A DNA stretch of 64,000 nt from Raillietiella orientalis (taxonomy: Eukaryota), in the NCBI GenBank assembly GCA_036172245.1, contig JAYWIR010000028.1, forward strand, positions 868,001 through 932,000, written 5' to 3'. The notes below the pieces were generated by a model. It was given only the letters and a program-made list of their open reading frames with translations, ran no database searches and had not been told where the DNA came from. Numbering within the stretch: position 1 is the stretch's first letter; the number at the start of each line of letters is the position of its first letter. The position numbers and the translations under genes were made by a program. Shown here piece after piece: positions 1 to 13,300 of the stretch.

Positions 1-2365
1 AGCGAAATTCTGCAACGGGGTAGTGGACCTCGAAACTGGAGAAGACGAACTTTTGTGCGGTTTGTGAAAACTTCTAAGGATAATTTGACAACTCCTCCTA
101 GTTACTTTGGTAGAAGACGCAACCTCTTTCCCACCTTGGACTTTGAGGCAGCAAGGATATGTAGTCATACGCCACCCCTACGGCGTTAATGCTGCTTGTT
201 ACACACAACTGCCCATGGCGGGCATAAGTCGTCCACAGAGTGAACCCCTCTGCCGCATTTTTGGAATGGAGTGAGTAAACGACTGCTTATACCCACAAGT
301 CACGTGTTCTGGTAGGCCCCCTGAATCTATACGATTTGTAAGTCCTGACGAAAGTATGCTATCTACATGGGAGTGCCCTCTAATGCATTTATCCTGCGGA
401 GAGCCAATATGTGGAAGGATTCCATTATTTCCAAATTCTACGATAAAGCACCGTCGCTACCGAAAAAGAATGGGAGTTGGTGCATCGCCTTGGCATGTTT
501 ACGTATATAATGAAGGCAACTTTGTTTGCAGTGGAACGCTCATAGATCTTGACAAAGTCGTGATTTCCAGATCTTGCATCGAACATTCAAGGTGAGCTGC
601 ATCATTTAAGACATAGAGTAAGGAATACTCAGACCACGGGAAATGTTCGTCGAGGCAGGAAAATGGAGAGAAACTTCGCATGCTAATTTTGGAGTCCAAC
701 TATCCGAGGCAGCATTTTTCAGCCCTCAAAAAACGGGAATGGTCATCCTATGGCTGAAGTATCCATTAAATTATACAGAAAGAGTAGCACCAGTATGCTG
801 GAGTGAGACAAAGTTGGTCCATTTTTTCCCTTCCGCTGCTAATCTCTTTCTCTCTCTCTCTCTCTTTTTTTGTAGATATGGTGACCATTCCGATTGCATA
901 ATTGTGGGTATCAATAAAGGAAAAGTGGCTGCCATACCTATGGCAGTGCGGAAATGTGAAAACGAACTATGTGCCACCATGGATACCCGGAATTCCTGTC
1001 CCGTAACTTCATTTTTTCACTTACATTTGTGAACATTTATGAAATCGCTCTAACCATCTCATGTTCTATGTTGACAGACATTGATTCAAGAACCTGATTC
1101 CGAACAGGAGTCAATTCTTGATTCACTTTCGCTCATGATTAAACATTTTAGAGAATCCAGAATATTAATCCCTTTCTGGTCTGCATGCAACGTTCTAAAT
1201 GGAAAGTAGTGGGATTCTCACGTGATCTCGAAACAGCAAACTGCCTTACTACTCTTAAATTCGACAGAGTGCCTAACATAATGGAGGATATCAAAGGTAA
1301 TTCCCAGATGTGATATTACACACTTCATAATGTGATTTTAAAGATACACCCAAGAGGCCTGTCGCAAAGAATTTTTGTAAATTCCAGTGTCCTTTGGGAA
1401 ACTGTTTAGATGAATCTGAGGTTAGTATTTTGTTGGCAGTTGTAGTGCAACATTTTCCCTAGATTTGCAATGGTGTCCAAGACTGCCATGATATGAGTGA
1501 TGAAATGAAATGTGTACTAGGACCACAAGGATGCTTTGGAAATGAAAATTATCCATGCGGTGCGCTTCCATAAACAATCTAATCTGAAAAATAAATGGGT
1601 CTGTAGAATGTGAAGCTGGAGAGATACGTTGCCCACATGGAAAATGTATTGCTCTTGAAGAAGTTTGCAATGGCCGGAGAGACTGTCCAAATGGAGCTGA
1701 TGAAACCCCAGAAATGAACTGCACTTGCCTTCAGTTACTTAAAAGAACAAAGCCACAAGCAGTTTGTAATGGGGTGATTGACTGCCCTTCCAGTACAGAT
1801 GAAGACAGTAATGAATGTGGATGTCACAATGCATTCCGCTGTTATAAGTGAGATTTTTTGCATACGTACTTTGTAATTGAATTTAATTAAAATGCTTTCA
1901 AGAATATTCATAATTCACAACTGTATTTCCCAGGTCAAACGATGGTTCATGCATACACAGAGGAAAAGTATGTGATGGGAAGGCCCACTGTCATAGGGAA
2001 GAAGATGAATTGTTTTGTACAGCTATTGAGCCTTCACCCAACATGAGAGAAAATGTTTTCGGGTAATAGATAAACCACATTTGCACATACATATTCATAT
2101 ATGCACTTACAGAGAGCCACTCACAAAACCTCCGCCAACTTTTGGTTTCCTGCTTTTACGTCGGTATGGAATTTGGTTTACAGCATGTGCAGATGCTTGG
2201 GACAGAATAAGAACCCTGTGGGCATGTGAAGTATTGCAATTGGAATCACCTGAACATGCTCATCATTTTTCCATTGATCCAAAACATGTTGTTATGGATG
2301 GTTCTGTCCATGTATCCTGGTGGGATGGAAAACCATGCAGTCTGGTGTTCATAAGATGTATGTGA
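1..2365 (+). CDS. ndl: Nudel-like modular serine protease, 3' part: LDLa, SRCR-like, degenerate protease domain, 4x LDLa, SRCR-like C-terminus. 5' end lies outside the window.
   Basis: Exons joined in frame by GT-AG introns: <1-59, 102-270, 316-591, 633-812, 876-1002, 1078-1109, 1154-1296, 1344-1420, 1463-1559, 1607-1847, 1934-2062, 2113-2365 (TGA). LDLa motifs: [101 protein letters not shown]. Trypsin-fold motifs: SPWHVYVY...VCSGTLI, PVCW, PFLVC...WKVVGFS. An inactive protease domain followed by four LDLa repeats matches the C-terminal half of Drosophila Nudel. Confidence 0.82.
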
Positions 2366-3269
2366 ACTACAAAGAATCTGTGATATCAACAGTGCATTAA
2401 ATATGTGGTTTTTAAAACCTTTTTAAATTAAGGTATCAAGGAATCATGAATATTTCTTATAAACATGAAACCATGCGCTCAATTCAATAAAGCTCTAATA
2501 CATTAAGCTAAATTCCGTACGGAACTGTATGGGGTGGAACGAAGTAGAATGCTGATCTTAAACATACTACACAGATGTCCCCATGATAATATCGGAAGAT
2601 ACCAACTCCAAAATCTCAATAGACATGAAGCAAATATGCAATCTTCCTTTATAGTCTTAAACAACATAACATGTTTAAACTTCAGCAGGATTTGGAAATT
2701 CTGCTGTGATAACACACAAATCCTACTGCGTAGCTGAGGTTTTCGTTCATAAGGCTAGACTTTAGGGTCAAGGCATAGCTAATAGCCAAAATAAATTCGT
2801 GCTTCCGAAACTTTCAAATCCAATCAATTAAATTTCAATAAGCATTTTAATTGAGCAGGAATTCCATGGTAGCTTCTCGCTAATGCTGCAAGGCTACAGC
2901 AAAAATAGTCATAGTACAGCTCGAATAAAGAAAAAAAAAAAAAATCCAACGGCCATTCAAGGACAAAAAGCTTCCAAATCAAGGTTACACGATGAAAAAA
3001 AGTAAAACAAAAATGAACGCGCTAATGCTTGGAAAAAAACGAATCCATGCAATTTTTCCTGAAAGACATACCTGAATCTGAGATGCTGTGCGCACCCTGG
3101 GCGCTCACCACCTCCCCACGCGTGCGTTCCGTCGGCTCCAGCGTCACCCTGGCAACGTGCGCTGCCAGGATGTGTGACATTTTCCGTGCAATGAACCTAA
3201 TGAATGGGTGTTGACGGAAACGCCATGGTACCGGTTATTCACTCCTTTTGCCGTCATTTATCAACAGAC

Positions 3270-5640
3270 TACATCAGTCTGCATGCATTCCTTATCCTGC
3301 TAGCCATGACAATAGGGATGCACAGGCAGTTCCGTACAAATGATGAAGTGGCAAGGTCCGATCCAAAGCCCCACGTACATTCCTGTAGCCAAGAAGCATT
3401 TCTCTTTAGATGTAACTGATTATTCATCTCCAAGAAACAAATCCTTTAATAAACTGCAAATCAGATGCACCTTTCTCGTCACATGAGACATTAAAACCTG
3501 CCCCAGAATGCTGGAGGATACTTGGATTAATCTTTCTTCGGCTTGGCTGCGGTCCTCTATTTATCAGTACAGTACTATAAAGAATGATTTTGTGATTGTG
3601 AATAACAAGCATCCTCCTACTGGAAGGCTGTCCACTATCTTTGCGATCCTGGATGCATCTGTTTTCTCGAGAAATACTTAAACTTATTGCACTCTGGGAC
3701 CAAACACAATTGAGACTGCCAGACTTTGTGGCACATCACTGTTTGCTGATTTCTGCAAGGAACTGCGTAGGGATTCGTTTTCTCTTCCTACCTAAATGCA
3801 GTTCGGAAATGTAGCTTTTAAACGGATTTATGCTTGTAACCTTGCTTTTGGTTTATTTGCACATTTATTCAAAAGAATGAAGATGCTGAATGAGAAAGTA
3901 GAGTTGCAGAAAGTAGACTGATTTGGGGGGACTCACTGTCTTGTGTTTCTTCAAAGCGATGAGGCTGTCCGGTATGATTTGATCTTCACTGCTTGTTTGT
4001 TTTCCTTTTCGGGTTCAATGATTTCTCCGGTTTCTTTGCTTGTTCCTGTTCTTTTCTATATTTCACTTGATGATCCCATGGGAGCAGCACAAAATGCACT
4101 GAATCTGAGATAGCAGCAGCCCGGCACGAGTGCAGTTCTTACGTGTGGTCACAACGACTTGCGGAAATGTGTTAAAAAGGTATTTCTAAGAATTGGTTTC
4201 AAAAAAAAAAAAAAGGAAAATAATGTCCGAATGTATCTGGTAACGGGTGATGAAAAGCTGCGAGAACAGTTGGGCTCTGTGGATCTGGGATGAAGCTGCG
4301 AATCCAGGTTTTCCTAACTTGAACCCTCTCAAACAAGTAGTCATATGTTTTGGAAAAACCGTTCAGATCATGCAAAATGAAGTTCCCATGAGACTGTTAC
4401 GGAGAGAATTTCAGTTACCGTTATCATCAGCTAAAAAAAGAAAATCGATCAGCTATGATCTATGAAAACATCTCACTGAAATGAAGTGCTTCGCCTGCGT
4501 GGTGTCATTAGTGTATTAACACAAAACGAAACATCAATGACATAACACAAATCTTTAAGGTATGAGGATGTAAAGTTGAATTATTTTCCACAGCGGACTG
4601 CACTTTCATTTCTCATAGGTGAAGTCGGTGGCGGCAGAGCTCCGAATCTATCTCTGGCGCAGCAAAGGAATATTGGTACTTCTGGAACTTTGGGGTGTTT
4701 CGCCCCCAAACCGGTTTTGGGGTATCGCGGTTCCAGAGCGCCCTTTAATCAACTTAAGATTCCCTATGCAAAGCTACTGTTGTGGTCGTATAATAATGGC
4801 TCCAATGTTTCGAAATGCTCGTATTAGCTATTCTTTTTCACCACAAGGAAATAACGAATGCACTGTTTGCTTTCCGCAACTCCTACACATTTCGGTTGGA
4901 TTTGATCCTCTCACATTATCAAGAGTGTGCGTGAATTTCTACAAATTTTCACTTGTAGTGGAAGACACTTATGACAACACTTTATCCGCGTCCAGATAAT
5001 CCCTCGATGCTCTGGTTTGTTTGCTTTCCCGTTTCTTGATAAGCATTATCAAAGAGATTTGTCACCGTGCATAGGTGCTTCTTTTTTTGAACCCAAGCTC
5101 TGGATATCATCCAAAGTATCATTTGACGTTGTCGTCATCGAAGTACATGTTTTTGTACGTAACGGTAACGTCTGGATACCCTGAATGACTGTCGAAAAAA
5201 GAATCGACTGAAATCCCATCATCGAGTTTACACCTCTTGGAACATCAACTAACTGTTGCACCATGACAGAGATAATGATTAACACACACGCACAAAAGAA
5301 ATAGCAATAATTCTGCGAGAACTATCTGTGCTGACAGATCATAGCATGTTCCTTGTATTAACCCCTATGATGTGATGCTGATATGCCAAGTTTCCAAGTG
5401 CAATACCTTTACGAGAACTTTGACTGAATGGTTGGCTTTCTAAGCAGTCGTGTCACCATGCTTCCCCTTGCAAAGAGATCCTTCAAGATCAAGCATGCTT
5501 TGCAGATTTTGCAACTTTCGATTTCCGTTGGCTTTGTCGAATGAAGCAGAGTTTTTAAGTTTCATAATCATTTTGGTTTTCCAGATAACGTGCGAGATGA
5601 CTTGGTCTTTCCGTTTGCATTCTTCCAGAGACCACAATAC
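3270..5640 (-). mobile_element. Highly degenerate Kolobok-like DNA transposon relic (DDE transposase, THAP and P2X7-C/KolX-like fragments)
   Basis: Minus-strand fragments broken by stops and frameshifts: LHLETWHIS (~5377-5403, cf. HxFDVWH), CVNH, HGD, DHN (~4779-4787), RYPK-G (~4710-4728); THAP-like LVPGCC (~4113-4130), FCNSTF and RLK..P; IPIVMASRIRNAC (~3280-3320). Recognised by eye only; termini not found. Confidence 0.45.
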
Positions 5641-6662
5641 CTAAGAGGCAGGGCCTAAAACACATGGGTACAAAAAGACAAAGATATGAAAGCAGCGTCC
5701 AGAAAACCTAAAAACTAGTCGCCGAATAGCATGGTGTAGTGAGTCGAAAAGTCCCTATTCTTGTCCTGTCCCAGAGCTCCCTCCCACCATCAGCATGCGC
5801 AGCTCTTAATCAGATGCCAATTGGCTGTTGCGGTCGCGTCTGATGAGGTTTACTTCGTTTTTCTTTTTTCTTCACTTTAATTCAACGTCAGGGAAGAGTT
5901 AGTTCTGTGTGCCAGCTAGAATGCATCTTGGGCGAGACTCTTCCACATGGTTGCTCTGGCACTGTTTGTTTTCGGTCGTCAGCGTCATGGCGACGATGAC
6001 GAACGACACTCTGATTCCAGTTCCACCATTCGGATTTGCTGCCTGTACTCGCTTGGCTAAAGCTGGAGGAACACCTGCCCCGCGGCATGCTTTGAAGCAG
6101 AGCTTGCATGGCAAAGCCATTCTTTTCAGAAAACAGCCACAAATGTTCAAGTGAAATCCCGGAAGGTCCTGCCGCAACCACCATCGCTTGCTTCTCGGCA
6201 AAAGAACAAGCTATAGCAGAAACCAGAGCAGCGTCTCCCAAGGTGAAAATTGGGAACTGATTCGGCCAAGGTCGAAACCTATAGCTCAGTATTTTCCTTC
6301 GCTTTGTGCATCACGGTTGCAAGAGGAAAGGGCTCTCCGAAACTGAGGCGCAAGATTCTTCTTCTAAATGCAACAACTCTGCCGGTGTGAAGCAGAATTG
6401 AAGCCATCCACCCGAGGTCCGCAAAAGATGCAGCCGGGTAGAACACTAGAGGTACAGATTCAAGGCATGTTCTCGCACGCATCAAAGCAGTTTGGAAGCT
6501 GTGAACCTCCGCAGGAAAGGCAGGTATGGGATGGATGAGAACTGCTGGGAAAGTCGTTACTGTCCACTCTTTGGCTTGGGAGTGGAGTGAGGAAGCCACC
6601 GTGGATCATGCCTAGTCTCGGAAGTTAGGATACTCTTTCCGAGGCCTTTGAAAGGCCTTCCA

Positions 6663-6668
6663 TTTATT
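6663..6668 (-). promoter_or_regulatory. Candidate polyadenylation signal of the NTPDase gene
   Basis: AATAAA on the minus strand about 640 nt downstream of the stop codon at 7310. Confidence 0.35.
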
Positions 6669-6728
6669 CTTTTCGAACTCTTTGAGAAGAATAAATGGGA
6701 GATTTTTCTTTTTATATTTTTCTTCCGT

Positions 6729-6800
6729 AACGGATCCCTAAACCCATGCTCCCCATAAGGAAGCTTTTTCTTATAAGGAGCACGGGTTTAGGGACCCGTT
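6729..6800. repeat. 72-nt imperfect inverted repeat (hairpin)
   Basis: Left arm aacggatccctaaacccatgctccccataaggaa versus reverse complement of right arm aacgggtccctaaacccgtgctccttataagaaa: 29/34 identical, 4-nt loop. Confidence 0.85.
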
Positions 6801-7309
6801 TCGTTTGTCTCTCTGTGCCCTTCTTCTTCGTTCTAATCTTCCGCCCCTTCATTCTCTCGCCGTGAGCTTGTTCCAGGAGGTACTGCTACCCCTTTCTTTA
6901 TGCATCCGCATCCCTCAAGGAACCTCAATCGCGCGCGTACTTTCCGAGGCAAGCTCGCTATTGATGGGCTGCACTTGCGTGGGGATGGGGTGGGGAGGTG
7001 GAAGACTATTTCTTGTCCCTTGAAAGAGGAGGCCACAAAGTCCTCCTCCTTCCCTCCCTGCGTTTCGTTTTGAAAACTCCGAGAGCGGTGTGCGTCTCCA
7101 AGGCAGATGGAAAAGAGACGAGACGACTTAGGGGGGCACGCGACTCTTCTCTTCCAGGCGACACCACAGCGCTCATGGGAGAGGGTCACTTTTATTGGTA
7201 TTGCGGTGGCAGCAGCTCAGTCCTTGAAAGGGATGGGTCTCAGAACTCCTGCCGGGACTCCTTCCGTGTAGTGGTTCGCCAAGTGGCGGCGCGGCGACGG
7301 TAGTACGAG

Positions 7310-10300
7310 CTATTTGGGGACTTTGTTGTTGCCCTCCTTGGACTCCTCGAGGCGGTCGGCGCCGCCAGCGTCCACAGATCCCTTCGTCGAGTCCGGGTTT
7401 GACGGACGCTGCTGCCGCTGCTGTCGCTTGAGGTCCCGTGCGTCCAATTTCGCTTGCCCCTCCGGCGCAGGGACACACCCTCCGTAGGCTGCCTTGGATA
7501 CCGAAGACACAGGATTGGGGATCATAAAAGTCGTCTCCACAGGGATACACGACACAGCGTTGCACTTCTCCTTTTGTTTCTTCTGGCGCTCCCAGATAAT
7601 ATAGGCAATGGAGGCAGCGAAGAACACGAAGAATAGGATGGACAGGGAGATGGCCATCGGGATAGGTATGGGAGGGCTGACTTCGATGCTCTTATTGGCC
7701 AGAGTGTGCATCAAGTAGCCAAGAGACCAGCTGACGTGCATGCCGTTGACCTGGAGAAGGGTTGTGCTTACAATGTCTGTTCGCATTCCCCCTGCTTCTT
7801 TCATTCCCAGCGCTACTAATGACCGCCGCAATATGCAAACCTTGCAGAGGCGCGGCTATGCGAGCGAGAAGGAAAGGAAGGGGAGATGAAGGAAGGAGGA
7901 AAAAGGAGGAGAGGAAAAAGATGACATGCTCAGAGGCGGTCTGCATAAAGAATAGGAAGAGAAGCAGTAAACAAGGAACAAGGGGGACAAAAAGAACTCG
8001 GGCTCTTCGATCACTCGTTCCATCATCCTCCGAGAACACTCACCTCATCAACGAAGTACACTGAGGAATCGCTGACTAGATTGAGGCTACTGTCAAAGAA
8101 GCGCATCATGAACAGGGACTCGAAACACAGGATGAAGAGGATGTCGTCGTCTAGCTTGTCGTGGTACCGGTTGAACAGTTCATCCCAGCTTAAGTGGCAC
8201 ACGTCCTCGATCTCTCCCTGCATGTCCTTCCAGTGCTTATCCACGCTGTACTTGTACATGGCCGCGATGGCGTGGTAAAGGGAGAAGGCCTAAGTTTGGG
8301 AGGAGCAGAGAAGGTTTCACATTTGGTCTTCGGGAGCTGCCTAGTCGGGAAGGAGGGGCGAAGATTGCCCAGCGGCTCTTTTCTTTGACGCCGCAGCCGC
8401 TTTACAAAGAGGATGAAAGAAAGGAAAGGCCGTCCCCACCTATCGCGCATAATGAAGGCGAGAAGAGTTGAAAGGATGCAGGAGATCCCGGCATAGAAGG
8501 CTAGTCAGCAGAAGGCTGCCGACTCCGCTAAAGAATCGCCTCCCTTCCTTTGGATTACTACTCGCTCTTCCCTCCATGCGCTCCTCCTCCCTACATTCGA
8601 GTGTGCTCCCTCTCGTTTCCTAGCAGTCTGATGATCCCTTAACTGCCACCCAGTGACGGAGCTTTTGTGCTTTCGAGCCAACGCGCACGAGGAGGAGGCA
8701 GGTGGATCGGAGTGTGGTGGGCACGCGCACACACGCTCCCAGAAGATCGATAGGAGACTCTGGATGCCAGTGCCAGATAGGGGACTTCGAAGTTGGCCTT
8801 TCTCTACCCCGCAACGGAAGATCGAGCACTTGGTAAAGGGACGTGCTGCTCTTGCGTGTTCAGACGACAAGAAGGGGCAAAGAAGCGTGCACGGCAAGGC
8901 GATGAGGAGAGAGCCTTCTAGAAGTGGGAAACAGCAGCATCGAGTGATTGCGACCTATGAAGGCGGGAATTTTTCCTGCTTCGCCATCTTTCTGCAGCAG
9001 CGACTGGCGGCTTCCTCACACGCATCTCTAGGGTGAGCGATCCTGCTGCAGCAGTCCGCAACTCTGAGAGGGTTCTTCAGCAAGTCACGAAGAGTGAAAG
9101 CAAGTGAATTCCAGGAGTGGAGGCCGGTCTCGAGAGGAGCGTGTATGCTGCGTTGAGGAAGATTCGTCTTCGGAGATGGCGCCCGGCAGTATCGTCGGAC
9201 GTCGCTCCTCTGCGCCAAACCCAGTCGAATCCGCTTTTGCAATAACTTTGCAGTGATCGGTCTTAAGCCCTGTAGGTCAAACGGGACGAAGCGGCTCCTG
9301 CCTCCTTCTCCTCCGCCCACAAAGAAATGGAAAAACTAGAAAGGAGAGGTGTCCAACCAGGGAGCGCAGCAAAGTCTCCCTGAGAAATACCAAGTGGCGG
9401 TCGGAAAGACCAGATGGAAATCTCCCGTAGAGTTTCTTCATTCCGACACACCTCGGGGCAGCTACCCCGCCATCAATATCGGCCGCCTGCCTGCTCGCCG
9501 CTGACTTTCCAGATGCATCCTGCACTCTCTCGTTCTCATGCGTTCCAGATCTCTCAGAACAGCGGAGATCTGGAGACGCGGACCGTGGAGTGCACTAAGC
9601 GCGTCGTTCCTCGACCTGGACCCAGGAACGCCACGAAGAACTGAGGAAAGGAGTTTTTCAGGAGGAAGAGGGCCTTCGGAGGAGATCGAGCGGAAGGAAA
9701 CGCCACTCGTGTACCATGCCCCCAAAATAAATCGGACCAGATAAAAAGGCAATGATCCCGGACCGTTTCAGGAGTTTCAAGGTGGGCAGATGGCTGGCTG
9801 GCTGCTGTTGACGAGGAGCCCCTTCCGCGGTCTCCTCAAGCGGTTCGACACCCACAGCGGCATTCATCACATCGACTTTAGATTTATGAGATTTATGGAG
9901 GCATCGGCAGGCTTTTCGTGCTGCCATCTCTGGAGAGTTCGGCAAAGCGAGTTCTCAGCCAGGCTGCCCTCATCCCTTTCTCCATGCCGCGGAAAGCACA
10001 CGGAGAATCCAGAAAGAAATGAAATCGAAAGAGAATCTGAAAATCGCCTCGAAAGAAATGAGGAGATTTTCGGGTCTTTCTCGATTCCCGTTCGAAAGAA
10101 ATGAGGTTGTTCCCTGCCTCGAGGGATGAGTCCTATGCAAATTGAGCGCCCGAGATGCTACGGTGTGGCGGAACTACAGGGTGAGAGACTTAAAACCGTC
10201 CCCTCGAGCCCCGTTGCGTTTTGCCGTAGAGGCCCCGACTCGAGGAAGTCTCTCAACCTGTATTTTCAGATCTGCCTGGTTGGCCGCCATGTTGCTCGCG

Positions 10301-13300
10301 CGGTTGATGTCATGCCCAGAAGCTGCACTAGTGGCAGGCCAATTTTAAGCCACTCATCCTAAAATTTGCAGGACGATTCGTAACAGCTCGGTCTTTGGGT
10401 TCCGAGTCCTGCCAGGATGGACTCTGCCCCTCCTTCCCCCCGTGGATAGCTCCGAAAAAGCGGAGTTTGGACTTCCGTCCTCGACGCGGCTCTGAAAAAT
10501 ATGTGCGAGGCAAGCGGCAGCGTGCATCTTTCTCTTCCCCTTAAAGAAACGACCATTCCGCCCAGTGGTAAGGAAAGGGATGAGGAGGAAGGCGCACACT
10601 TCACTGGTTGCCCCTCAATGGACGCCTTCTTTTTCTGGGAGCGAAAATGAAAGTCACTCCGGAGGATGACACTTCGAACGTCCGCAGTTGTCTCCGCGTG
10701 CCACGGCTGCTTGCTCCCTGCGGAAGAGGGAGAAGGGAACCGGGCCGGAAGCGACTCGCGAAACACCTCGCCCAGCACTTCCCCCGAAAAGAACCCCCGA
10801 GTCTAGGGGAATCTTTTCGGTCCTCCAGGCTATCGTTCCAGAGACGGCGGCGAATACCTCGGGCGGTTCGTGGAGACCGCACGAGAAAGCGGTGAAGGTG
10901 TGATTGGCGGGGCGCAGTGCTTCCTCTCTCTCGCCGCGCACAAGAGCGACGGAGGCGGCGACCATTCTCCTCTCGCTTGCGTTCCACTGTTCCCGACTCT
11001 CCACAAGATTCCCCGGGGTCTGTGCCATCGGGCCGACGATGCGCGCCATCTTGCAGGCATTGGGTTTACGCCTCCCTTTTGAGCCAGCCGTCCACTTGGC
11101 CTGCCTGCTTGGCGCCCTCTGGTGTCCACGCAGAAGGGGCACGCTCGGAGCACGCCGGGAGATGAACGGGAAGGCGTCGACCATGCCTCGGTTCGACGCA
11201 GATTGCGGAGCAGTATGAGAAGGGCGTTTTTGACCTCAGAAAGCACTCGTGGCGCGCGCGGCTCCCCCTGCGTTCCTCCCCTTCTACCCCCGCTGATCGC
11301 TTTCCCGTGCCTCCAGATTTGAGCGCAAAGCAAGAAAACCTGCAGAGCTTGGATCCGCTTGCATCATCCAACCCTCAGGGCCTCGACCCTGAGGGTTGGA
11401 GAATCTCCCTCCTCTACTTTTCCTCTTGCACTCGAATACCGCACGACAGTCCCCATGCCGACTCCTTCCAAATTCGACATCCGAGGAGGAGGAGGCAGAG
11501 AAGCACAAAGAAATGGGGCGGGTCGCGGGAGGAGCTTCTGGCACCATCTGGGAATAGGACCAGGGGAAGCGCCGCCATTTCAGAAGTCAGCCACACCTAC
11601 CCGAGCTCCGCAGCATTTCTCGGAAGGAGCGGAGGCTTTCCTTCGAAACGGCCTCCAGCCGTACGCGGCGGCTGAGAAGAGTTCCCCCCCCCCCCGCTGG
11701 AGGTGCCATCCCCGATCGGAGACGCTGCCTTTCCTGCTTCCCATAGCGGGGTGACGTCCTCGGCCCCGGGAGAGGGGCGTCAGCGCGACGAGCACTCCAC
11801 GGTCGATCCCGCGCTCCCGCTGAAACGCAACGCAAGATGGTGCTGCAGACATGCAAGCTGCGAATCACGAAAGCGAAAGAGGCTGCTGCTGGTGGTGTAC
11901 CTCTTCGCGTTGGAGTGGCGGGCGTGAGCGAGCGACCCCTTCAATCCTCGACTCGCTATCTCCGTAGACGACGGCACGCGATTCCGCAGCGCGCCGACCC
12001 GAAAAACCGAACTGCGACGGGGACCGTGCGTAACTGCCTCCCGCTGGGAAGAAACGAAGCTTGGGAGAGGGAGTGGAAACAGTGGTTTCGGAGAAGCGCA
12101 AAGGGCAAGCTAAGAGATTCACAAAAGGAGCGAGGGCATGGTCTAAAACCCAAAAGGAATGCGGCCCAACATCAAAGAGGACTCGGCCGTGATCGAGGGA
12201 CTGCAGCATATGCTGAATTCTGGACTCCCAATAAAGTAACGCCTGAGGAGGAAGCGCGGGCAGATCGATGCACCAGCGCTGCAGCGCCTCTGGCGGGAAG
12301 TGGAAATCGAGGCGGGAAAAATGCGGAGGGCTATCGAGAGCGCCAAGCAGGGCAAGGGCAAGGTTGCCATTTCGGAAATGCAAATCTTCCGGGGACTCGG
12401 CTGACCTGGAGGAAAAAAAGGTGGGATTTCGTGGATTTCAGATGCGGACCAGAAAGCACCGGCCGTGCGTGAGACGCTCCCGTGGAAAGCACGAGAATTC
12501 GCAGGAGGAAAACGCTAAAGAACGAGCAACTCCTTAGGAACACCAAAAGGACGCGAAATGAAAACCCAGCAGCTGCGAAACACTTCTTAATCCTTGATGT
12601 CAGGTCCTCGTCGTGATGCTCTTTCGTCCGCTTTCTGAGCTCCAGGGACGACTTCGGGAAAGGACTTTCAATTATTCTGTTGCGTGAAGCCTTGAAGCAA
12701 ACCGGCGAGGCTTCACTCCTCTTCCCTCCAAAGTAAAGAATGAATAGAATAAAAATAAAAATGCATGCATCATATGTAATCGACTCTCGACTGGACCCCA
12801 AATGGTCGCCGATCTTTGCACTGATCTCGAACGTACTTGATCCCGCTACGAGTCACAATGGTAACGGAACGGACTGCATTTCGTCAGACGATGGCTGACA
12901 TCACCGACTTAACCCTTTCATTAAGAGGTTACCGGATGCAGATAAGCGTTCGTATTTGCAATGGTTTCGTAAATAGCTGGTCAACAAAAGGTCGAGATTA
13001 CAGAAAAACATCAGCACCGAACACTAGCTATCTTTCCGTGAGATGACCGACGTACAAGTAGCCCGCCGGCACGTCACGAGTCGCAGCTCCATTGCTCTGC
13101 CCCTCATTTTACTAATTTCACTGTCTTCGATCGTGCCAGCTAAGCTGACATCTCGTTCCATGTGCACTGCACGTCCGCGTGTACTTACACGAGACGTCCC
13201 GGCACGCATCTGCAAGTCAGACAGGAGATGCGGAGATGCTGGCAACAAGAGCACGCGAAGAGCTTGCAATGGAGAGGGCTTCTTTCTTACCGGAGGGCAG

